Below, one piece after another: positions 57,158 through 64,000 of a stretch of DNA of 64,000 bases. Origin of the DNA: an uncultured Opitutales bacterium (GTDB lineage Bacteria > Verrucomicrobiota > Verrucomicrobiia > Opitutales > CAZQIE01); contig CAZQIE010000007.1 in assembly GCA_964593675.1 (NCBI GenBank), positions 671 through 64,670 on the forward strand, given 5' to 3'. The notes under the pieces are model-generated. The model made no database searches. It was not told the origin of the DNA and was given only the letters and a program-made list of their open reading frames with translations. Both the position numbers and the translations under genes were made by a program. Position 1 is the stretch's first letter; every line of letters begins with the position of its first letter.

Positions 57158-58180
57158 TTACGTTGTAAAGCCAACCTTCCACTTCCCCCGGATGTAAATC
57201 TCCTTGGGGCTCTCCGGAATGCCCCGTTCATTGCTGCTTGCCTGCGCCACGACTGCATCCACGGCCGCTGCCGCAACAAGCTTCTCCAGCGGGTCGACGC
57301 CCGACCAGCCTTCGACGTCCGGTGAGAGCGCCGTATGGATGAGGGCGACGTCTTCAGGCACACGCACGCCGATGCTCTTCAGGGCATCAAGGACGCGATA
57401 ATCCCGACACACGACAACCTGTGGCTTGTGCTTCTTGAACCAGTCCAGAAAGCTCGCGACGTACTCAGGAGACGGCAGGTTCGGGCGGTGGATGGGTATG
57501 CGCTTGTTCTCCGGCAAGGTCGCATTCATGAGCCCGTACCGCATCGAGTAGCATTGCTCATAGGACTCATCCACAACCTTGGCCACCGTAAGGCCCACGG
57601 TCGCACGCCGAAGCTTGATCGCCCGCCGCAGGGCCTCGGACACGTTCGCGGCCTCGAAGATGTCCGCACGACTCAGGGAAGGACGGAACACCCCGCGCCC
57701 CAGACACACGGCTGAAAGCTGGTCCCACGGCAAACACAGGCGCGAGCGTGGCGCCCGCATCGGGGGGATGAGCACGCACCGGATTCCCCGCGCCACCAGG
57801 ATCTTCCCCAGGCGCGATTGCGTCATCTGCGGCTGTCCCAACCAAAAGTTCTCCAGCTTGTAGCCCAATTGCAGGGCCCGGTTCTTTGCCCCTTCCCAAA
57901 AATCCCGCACCCACGGCGTCTTTTCGAAAAAGTCCTTCTCCGGATATGGGTTTACCCAGGCAACGACCTCCGAGTCTTGCGGGCGCCTTCCCGCGCGGAT
58001 GTGGGCCATAAGGGCAGCGACCTGCGCGTTCGGGCAATAGCCCACCTCTTCCGCGACTTTCTGGATGCGTTCGCGGGTGGCGACGGGGATCCGCGGGTGG
58101 TTTCTCAGCGCGTACGAGACGGTGGAGACGGTCACCCCGGCTGCCCGGGCAACAGTGTGTAACGTAGGACGCGGTTCCAT
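57158..58180 (-). CDS. LacI-family transcriptional regulator
   Basis: ATG at 58180. HTH TLHTVARAAGVTVSTVSYALRNHPRIPVATRERI followed by a periplasmic-binding-protein-like sugar-binding fold. Confidence 0.85.
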   Translation of the reverse strand: MEPRPTLHTVARAAGVTVSTVSYALRNHPRIPVATRERIQKVAEEVGYCPNAQVAALMAHIRAGRRPQDSEVVAWVNPYPEKDFFEKTPWVRDFWEGAKNRALQLGYKLENFWLGQPQMTQSRLGKILVARGIRCVLIPPMRAPRSRLCLPWDQLSAVCLGRGVFRPSLSRADIFEAANVSEALRRAIKLRRATVGLTVAKVVDESYEQCYSMRYGLMNATLPENKRIPIHRPNLPSPEYVASFLDWFKKHKPQVVVCRDYRVLDALKSIGVRVPEDVALIHTALSPDVEGWSGVDPLEKLVAAAAVDAVVAQASSNERGIPESPKEIYIRGKWKVGFTT

Positions 58181-58284
58181 GCGCTCTTGGGTGGGCGCAT
58201 GATGCCGACAATCCCGCCGCCCCCGCAATTCTATTTCATCATCTCGGAAGCGGCTTGAGGCTTACTAAGCCACGTCACATGGCG

Positions 58285-59424
58285 TCAGCGCGTGTAGCGG
58301 CAACGGTCCTGCACGAGCTTCATGAACCAGCGCATGCGCCCGATGCCCGTCCCCGCCACGAGTGAACCCGCCGTCGCGATACGCAGCCCACCGGTGCCAC
58401 CGGCCTTCCTGAAGGATTCCTCGACGCTCGCCGCAATCTCCTCGGCCGTGCCGTTCCGCAGCAGGAAGGGCGGCACATGCCCCCAGATATACGCCTTGGG
58501 CATTTTCTCACGGATCAGCGCCACGTCGATCGTCGGCCCGTAGTTGACGGCGTTGATGCCGAGCGCGCGCTGCTGGTCCAGAAGGTGGCTCATCGCGCTA
58601 TCGGAATGCTGAAAACGCCAGGCGTCACCGGGGGCCATTTCCGCGAGCACGCGTTCAAGCACCGGGTAACAAAACTCCTTGTACAGGGACGGGTTGAACA
58701 GGGAGCAGTTGTCGTCCGTGATCCACCAGCCCCGATCCTTGTTGCCTGAAAAGCCCCGGAAGAACGTGTTCAGCTCTATCATCTTGCGCGCCAGCACATC
58801 CGCAAACCGGGAAACGAGCTCCGGCTCATCATAACACCACATGAAGAGGACTTCCGGATTGATGACGGACGTCATGACCGTGGCTGGGCCGCGGCTTCCG
58901 GTTCCCAGTTTCGGCAGCGGCTTTCCGGCCTCCTTGCGGGCCTCCCATTCTTTCAGATACGGGGCCGGAAGCGCCCATTTGGTCACGTCCGTCGCCTCGG
59001 CCTCATCGAGGATCGCGGCAAAAGCGGCGGGATCGTCAGTCACGGGGACGAACCAGGGCGTTCCGCCTTCGTGGTACGCAAACTCGCACCGGAAAAGGTT
59101 TTCGATGCGGCGCGGCTCATTCTCCCACGTATCCTCATCAAAAAACGCCTTGCCGACTCCGGCGAGTGTGATGCGGTTTGCCGTGCGGTGCAGTTCGTCC
59201 CGGTAAGCCTTCTCGCGATAGTACCGCAATGTACTGGGCACGCTCAGGAACTCGAACAACCAGTGATCGTCCGGCGAGAAGCTGAGCGCACAGCGTGGCT
59301 TGTCCAAGGTAAAGCGATCACAAACCGCGTTCTCTTGCCAGAACGCGCTGACATTAAGGTCTTCGGTGAGCGCCATGAACTCGGGCTCAACAATGCCGGT
59401 TTCGGGAAACGTTGTGTCTTTCAC
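58285..59424 (-). CDS. Uroporphyrinogen-decarboxylase (URO-D/MtaA-like) fold protein 1
   Basis: SRGPATVMTSVINPEVLFMWCYDEPELV, DDNCSLFNPSLYKEFCYPVLERV and HSDSAMSHLLD resemble the URO-D family. By-eye call. Confidence 0.45.
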   Translation of the reverse strand: MKDTTFPETGIVEPEFMALTEDLNVSAFWQENAVCDRFTLDKPRCALSFSPDDHWLFEFLSVPSTLRYYREKAYRDELHRTANRITLAGVGKAFFDEDTWENEPRRIENLFRCEFAYHEGGTPWFVPVTDDPAAFAAILDEAEATDVTKWALPAPYLKEWEARKEAGKPLPKLGTGSRGPATVMTSVINPEVLFMWCYDEPELVSRFADVLARKMIELNTFFRGFSGNKDRGWWITDDNCSLFNPSLYKEFCYPVLERVLAEMAPGDAWRFQHSDSAMSHLLDQQRALGINAVNYGPTIDVALIREKMPKAYIWGHVPPFLLRNGTAEEIAASVEESFRKAGGTGGLRIATAGSLVAGTGIGRMRWFMKLVQDRCRYTR

Positions 59425-59505
59425 GGGTGATGGGGATTTGAAGAAGTTGCGCGAGGACCAGGCACACGGTTGCTAAGCCAGCGGGACCGCCGTAGGCACG
59501 GAGCT

Positions 59506-61128
59506 TCACACCTCGACCACCGCCGGCATCGTGAAGGGCGCCGTCGCGATGGGCTGCGTCTCGCCAAGCCAGGCCCGCACGGCCGCGATCTGCGATACGG
59601 CGGGGAAGCCGTACGTCGCGTAAAAGTTCGGCAGGTGCGGCAGCTCGTACAAGGTGTACGGATTACCGAAGGAGGTGAAAACGGCGTTCGGGCAACGGAG
59701 CCAGAAGCCACGCCAGAACGGCATGATGAGGTCCCCCGTCAGGCGCACCGTGCCCATGTGGGAATGCGGGACGACGGCAAAGTTCACGAAAACTGCGTCG
59801 AACTCCGGCGCCTTCTCGATGAGCCAGCTGTGCGACGGGTTGTCGACGTGCTCGACGCTCATCCCGCGCTTGCGCAATTCCTCGTCCACAAGCGGGAGCG
59901 ACGAGGTCATGTGCAGGTGGAACCCCGGATAACGGATCGTAACCGTGAGGACGCGCGCGCCAGGCTTGAGCTTAAGCGGCGTGGCTGCATTCCGGCGCAG
60001 CAGCGTCACACTCTGATCCGCCATCTGCTGGGCTGCTTTTTCCGCGTTTGCACGCTCCTGCGGCGAGGCCATCGGAATGCTCAGGCGTTCGTGCAGACCC
60101 AGGCGCGCCTTCATTTCCAGCACGCGGCGCACGGACGTCCGCAGGCGTTCCTCAGTAAGTTCTCCTTCCCGCAGCGCACGCTTAAGACGCGCGAAATCCT
60201 GCCGTGCATCCGAAAACAGGAAGACGTCCGAGCCCGCCAGGACGTTGCGCAAAGCAAGGTCCTCGGCGGGGCACCGCGAGGTGAGTCCGATCATCGGCGC
60301 GGCATCGGAAACGAGCACGCCGTCGAACCCGAACTCCCCGCGCAGCAAGTCCATTTGAAGCCGCCGGCTGAGCGTTGCAGGCATGGCCTCGGCAACGTGG
60401 CGGCATTGTTCGTACGCCGGCAGGCTGATATGGCCAGCCATCACGCTCATCACCCCGGCATCGAAGGCGGCGCGCCACATGGGCCCAAAATAGCTGCGCC
60501 ACTCATACATGGACAGGCCGTTGACAGACGTGCAGAGGTGTTGGTCACGGTCATCTATGCCATCGCCGGGCCAGTGCTTCGCCGTCGCCGCCACCCGTCC
60601 GTGTTCCTGGATGCCGCGTATCCATGCGCTCAGGATGGGCACGGCGCGCTTGGGATCGTCACCGAGGCTCCGGATGTTTGTAACCGGGTTATTGACGTTC
60701 CGGTTGAGGTCGGCGACCGGCCCAAACGTCCAGTGTATGCCGTGGGCGCGCCCATCCTGGCCCGTGGAAAGCCCCATCTGGTAGGCCAGCTCCACCGAGT
60801 TCGCGGCGCCGCACGCCATCGCCCACGGAAAGTCCACGCCGCCATCCGCAATCATGCACCCGGCGCCGTGCTCCAGATCCGAGGCCACGAGCACCGGAAT
60901 TTCCGAAGCGCCCTGTATGGCCGCAGTCTTGGCAAGCCAGTCCGCCGAATTGTGGCGGGAAAGGAACACGCTGCCCACCGGCACGTCGCGCAACAGCGCC
61001 GCCCATTGCTCCGGGGTGTATTTGCGGTCCTCAGGGCACAGGAGATGACCGAGGCACTGGTCGTCGGACATGCCGCTCAAGGTCTTTTCGACCCACTGTT
61101 TTGCGGTGGCAGAGAGTGGCGGGATCAT
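59506..61128 (-). CDS. Glycoside hydrolase family 3 (NagZ / beta-glucosidase-like)
   Basis: IPVLVASDLEHGAG, KHWPGDGIDDRDQH, GVLVSDA. No signal peptide. Confidence 0.8.
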   Translation of the reverse strand: MIPPLSATAKQWVEKTLSGMSDDQCLGHLLCPEDRKYTPEQWAALLRDVPVGSVFLSRHNSADWLAKTAAIQGASEIPVLVASDLEHGAGCMIADGGVDFPWAMACGAANSVELAYQMGLSTGQDGRAHGIHWTFGPVADLNRNVNNPVTNIRSLGDDPKRAVPILSAWIRGIQEHGRVAATAKHWPGDGIDDRDQHLCTSVNGLSMYEWRSYFGPMWRAAFDAGVMSVMAGHISLPAYEQCRHVAEAMPATLSRRLQMDLLRGEFGFDGVLVSDAAPMIGLTSRCPAEDLALRNVLAGSDVFLFSDARQDFARLKRALREGELTEERLRTSVRRVLEMKARLGLHERLSIPMASPQERANAEKAAQQMADQSVTLLRRNAATPLKLKPGARVLTVTIRYPGFHLHMTSSLPLVDEELRKRGMSVEHVDNPSHSWLIEKAPEFDAVFVNFAVVPHSHMGTVRLTGDLIMPFWRGFWLRCPNAVFTSFGNPYTLYELPHLPNFYATYGFPAVSQIAAVRAWLGETQPIATAPFTMPAVVEV

Positions 61129-61287
61129 TAGGAAATGCGGTTGTTTCTGGGGCTTCAGGAGCCCGGCAAGCGAGCAGACAGAGGGCGAGCAGGCTGTGTC
61201 AAACGGCGAATAATGGGGGCCCCAGCGGCTTGGTTAAGATGCGGCAATTTTGCACTTTTTAATCCGGAGTTCAGAGCCCAGGCCCGT

Positions 61288-61300
61288 CGAAAGCGTTGAT
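61288..61300 (-). promoter_or_regulatory. Glycan-locus box ATCAACGCTTTCG
   Basis: 169 nt upstream of the start at 61128. Confidence 0.5.
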
Positions 61301-61359
61301 CCGAAACTCCGCCCAAAAAGCCACGGCTGTTGCGGCGACCCGCCCAGGCTCAGATCAGC

Positions 61360-62385
61360 CTAAAGGCCAAGAACGGCCTGAAGGAATGCCGGCTCGCAGT
61401 CGTATGGGACGACACCCGTGCCCAGCTCAACAGCCGCCCTCGCCGACAGGATGCGCCGCCTCTCGGCAACGATTTCCGTGTACGCAGCAAGGTCGCCCGC
61501 CGCAAGCAGGCTTGCGGGCAAGTTGGCACGGAGCGTCACCTCGGGACGCGCCTCGAAGGCTTGCAGGAAGGCCGCCTGATTGGTTTCAGCCGGACAGATC
61601 ATGTAACCCGCGGGCACGCCGCACAGATCGCGTGCGATGAGCGCCGTATCGCCTCCCAGGATCAGGGCTCCGGTTTCCCCGATAGCGCCCCTTATGCCCT
61701 CAAACAAGTGGACCAAAGCGGGCAGCTCGATTTCCCGGAACAGCTCGGGAGACATGAGCGGGGGAGCCGCCGAGGACTCGAACACCATCACCCCGAGACC
61801 TTCCCTGGCTGCGGCTTCCACGTAGCGCAATTGGCCATCAACGAGGCGGCGCAACGCCGAGCAGGCGAGGTCAGGCTCCTCCAAGGCGTCCATAAGAAGC
61901 GTTTCAAAGCCGACGAGTCCGCTGGCCAGCGCCAACGGGCCACAAAGCGGCACGCGTACATCGGCCTCCGGGCAATCCCGTTTCAGACGCGACGCAGCAC
62001 TCAGAATAAGGGGAATCCGACCGGCACTGACCTCCAGCTCCGGAAGCTTCAGGAGGTCACCGAGGCTCTCGCAAAGATGGGCCTCCAGGACCGGCGTGCC
62101 GTTCCCGTGGGGTTCGCGGACTTTCGCCCCGTAGGCCTCAGGCTCGACGTTGTATAGGTCCACCCCCACCACAACATGCCGGTGCCGGTAACGCTCCCAC
62201 GCGGCCCTGTGTGCGGCGTAAAGGAACTCGCCCGATCGGGAGCAGGCCCACGGCGACACGTTGATGAGACGAGCGGCGTGCTCGTAAATCGCGGGAACCA
62301 CCGGAATGTTCGGCGGGATAATCTGGGGGACCGGGCTTTGCCGGCCCAATTTGCTGTTCATTGCGTTACAAAAGCTTTGGCCCAC
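61360..62385 (-). CDS. Uroporphyrinogen-decarboxylase (URO-D/MtaA-like) fold protein 2
   Basis: CGPLALASGLVGFETLLMDALEEPD and FESSAAPPLMSPELFREIELPAL. The start is GTG 62385 or ATG 62361. By-eye call. Confidence 0.45.
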   Translation of the reverse strand: MGQSFCNAMNSKLGRQSPVPQIIPPNIPVVPAIYEHAARLINVSPWACSRSGEFLYAAHRAAWERYRHRHVVVGVDLYNVEPEAYGAKVREPHGNGTPVLEAHLCESLGDLLKLPELEVSAGRIPLILSAASRLKRDCPEADVRVPLCGPLALASGLVGFETLLMDALEEPDLACSALRRLVDGQLRYVEAAAREGLGVMVFESSAAPPLMSPELFREIELPALVHLFEGIRGAIGETGALILGGDTALIARDLCGVPAGYMICPAETNQAAFLQAFEARPEVTLRANLPASLLAAGDLAAYTEIVAERRRILSARAAVELGTGVVPYDCEPAFLQAVLGL

Positions 62386-62388
62386 CCT

Positions 62389-63102
62389 CTAGAGCTGAGG
62401 CAGTGGTATGCGGTGGAGCATCCAGCCGGTCTCTTCATCGCCTTCTGTTGCGACGAACAGGATACGGTGTTCAGGGTAGACGACGTTCACACTCGAGAAA
62501 AAGGGCTTCCAGTCCTCTTCCTCGTCCCCCATCGCGGCTGTCATGACCGGCATCGCGTAATCGGTGACCTTGCTGATGTCCACACGCCGGGACGCGCCGG
62601 GAGCCAGCACGGCTTCGGTTGCGATGGTCTTCAGGGCAATTGGCTTTGAACCGGTGTTGATGAAAAGCGCGGTCCCGTTGGGCACTTTCTTCGCCGTGAC
62701 GTCATAGCTCACGCACTTGAAGCGTTTCCCGTCCGGTGAGCTTGTCACCACGATGAACACATCCGAGGCCTCCGGGTCGAAGCGGATATCGCCCGCCTTT
62801 ACGGGTTGCGCGTCCACGGTCTTGAGTGGCTGGAGAGAGAGCCTCAGGGGCTGGCCTCCGGCATAGTCAAGGTCCAGGGCCACATCGCCGACGGCGAGTT
62901 CGGTTTTGGTGCCGGCGCCAAGGTCCGCGCTGAAGGGGCCTTCCGAGCGCAGGCGGGCGCATTGCTCGAAGGAAAGCGTGCCGGTCGACCAGAACAGGTG
63001 GCATCGCACGCTTGCGGCGTGCGCGAAGCTGGCGGTCACGCCTAGGCAGAGGACAACCCCCGCCGCCCACCGTGCGAAAGTGTGTCTGTTAAATTTCATC
63101 AT
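62389..63102 (-). CDS. Secreted hypothetical protein
   Basis: Signal peptide MMKFNRHTFARWAAGVVLCLGVTASFAHA. The start overlaps the upstream gene end by 14 nt. I recognise no family. Confidence 0.55.
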   Translation of the reverse strand: MMKFNRHTFARWAAGVVLCLGVTASFAHAASVRCHLFWSTGTLSFEQCARLRSEGPFSADLGAGTKTELAVGDVALDLDYAGGQPLRLSLQPLKTVDAQPVKAGDIRFDPEASDVFIVVTSSPDGKRFKCVSYDVTAKKVPNGTALFINTGSKPIALKTIATEAVLAPGASRRVDISKVTDYAMPVMTAAMGDEEEDWKPFFSSVNVVYPEHRILFVATEGDEETGWMLHRIPLPQL

Positions 63103-64000
63103 AGGAAAGCCAACGGAAGGACACTATGACGAACCGGCGCCCCAGGTTCCGGTTGGTCGCGTTGAGGCTCGGCGAAGTCGAATTGGGCGAGAGGGCGTTC
63201 CCGGCATCCCCGTCCCCATCGGAGCGCACGGCGCGGTCGGACTGGTCCACATAATCCGGCACGCGCTGCACGACGGCCTCGCACCAGGCGCGCGCCTGCA
63301 CGCCCTTTGTGTTCGGCTTGAGGCTTTCCCCGTAAGCGCGGACGACAAATGTGTCGGACCTTGTGGAGAGAAAGGGGCCGATTTTGGCGAGGATGTCCGC
63401 CTGGCTGAGGTAACCGGGCAGGTTGGCGCCGACGGGGCCCGCGAGCTCCGCGTCGCCCGCTGTGTAAGTGGTCGAGCCCAGATAGGGGGTGGCGGTGTTG
63501 CGCGTCTTGCCGCGTGCCGCGCCGGACCTCCATTCAACGGGGAAGCCTGTTGTATAATAGGACAACTGGTCGTTGAAATTGCTGTTCAGCCCGCCGGAAC
63601 GCCCACGGACCTGCGCCAGGTCAATCGCTTCCTGGAGGATACCGCGCAGGCGCGGGTTCCCCCGGGTCGTGGTGGCGTCTTTTTCGTTCACCGACCGGTT
63701 CACAAACTCGCCAAGCGTGAAGAACGGCCCGTTGTAGCTGTTGCCCCGGCCAGTTCTGCGGGACCGGATGCTGTCCACAATGCTCTTCGCGAGAGCGTCC
63801 ACTTCGGCATCCGTAAGCTTCCTGAAGCTGTTGTACGCCGCCGCGTTTTCCGTGGCTTTGTTAACGGTGTTGGCCATCGCCTTGCCAAGGGGCCTGTCAA
63901 AGCGGCTGTAAGGCGTGGTCTGGTCTGAACTCGCCCCGTCCGTGCCGCCGGTAACGAGGTCTACGGACTCGCCCGACAGGCCGGAAAGGACGGCTTTCCA
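63089..64000 (-). CDS. 3' part of a larger gene; pseudopilin/GspK-like C-terminal region (possibly a Verru_Chthon-cassette-A-type protein)
   Basis: The reading frame stays open from 63877 to the window edge at 64000 (I found no stop in that frame). The C-terminal pattern LSTRSDTFVVRAYGE...ARAWCEAVVQRVPDYVD resembles minor-pseudopilin C-termini. The family assignment is tentative. Confidence 0.45.
   Translation of the reverse strand, partial: WKAVLSGLSGESVDLVTGGTDGASSDQTTPYSRFDRPLGKAMANTVNKATENAAAYNSFRKLTDAEVDALAKSIVDSIRSRRTGRGNSYNGPFFTLGEFVNRSVNEKDATTTRGNPRLRGILQEAIDLAQVRGRSGGLNSNFNDQLSYYTTGFPVEWRSGAARGKTRNTATPYLGSTTYTAGDAELAGPVGANLPGYLSQADILAKIGPFLSTRSDTFVVRAYGESLKPNTKGVQARAWCEAVVQRVPDYVDQSDRAVRSDGDGDAGNALSPNSTSPSLNATNRNLGRRFVIVSFRWLSYDEI

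Noticed and set aside
29473-61300. The TTGAC(A) strings inside the recurrent box read as sigma70 -35 hexamers.
   Set aside because: The TTGAC reading is on the strand opposite to the downstream gene at every site. It would drive antisense transcription into the preceding gene. The conserved region also extends well beyond a hexamer.

Overview
This is a GC-rich bacterial chromosomal segment. By eye I found no rRNA, tRNA, CRISPR array, transposase or integrase. The gene content (PEP-CTERM proteins, a giant Fn3/PA14/beta-helix protein, a pseudopilin-like cassette tail) suggests a Verrucomicrobiota-type organism, but that is inference only. All protein-family calls are by-eye motif recognition, not database searches.

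Layout:
- 0.2-5.3 kb: a degenerate receiver-like gene, a COG0523 metallochaperone GTPase with a large Cys/His insertion, an atypical Fur-family regulator, an alpha/beta hydrolase and glutamate dehydrogenase.
- 5.6-15.9 kb: a tight six-gene signalling operon, cheR-cheB-PAS histidine kinase-REC/degenerate HD-GYP-hybrid kinase-cheA. The window contains no MCP, CheW or CheY.
- 16-22.3 kb: a secreted hypothetical protein, purB, a small hypothetical, an acetyl-CoA hydrolase/GNAT fusion and queG.
- 22.3-62.4 kb: a roughly 40 kb glycan-utilisation region. It holds DUF5703-like, GH2, GH42, clan GH-A-like, GH13, GH37-like, GH95-like and GH3 hydrolases, a heparinase II/III-like protein, an SSS transporter, a LacI regulator, two URO-D-like proteins, two PEP-CTERM paralogues and a 2778-aa secreted multidomain protein.
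- 62.4-64 kb: a secreted hypothetical protein and the 3' end of a pseudopilin-like gene that runs off the window.

Strongest observations:
- An asymmetric box, TCAACG(G/C)TTTCG, lies co-oriented upstream of 11 transcription units of the glycan region. This predicts a single regulon.
- An in-frame TAG separates the signal-peptide part of the GH2 gene from its body.
- The MCP-less Che-like operon carries an HD-GYP domain whose catalytic residues are replaced.
- A recurring domain of about 260 aa occurs twice in the giant protein and once as a stand-alone secreted protein.
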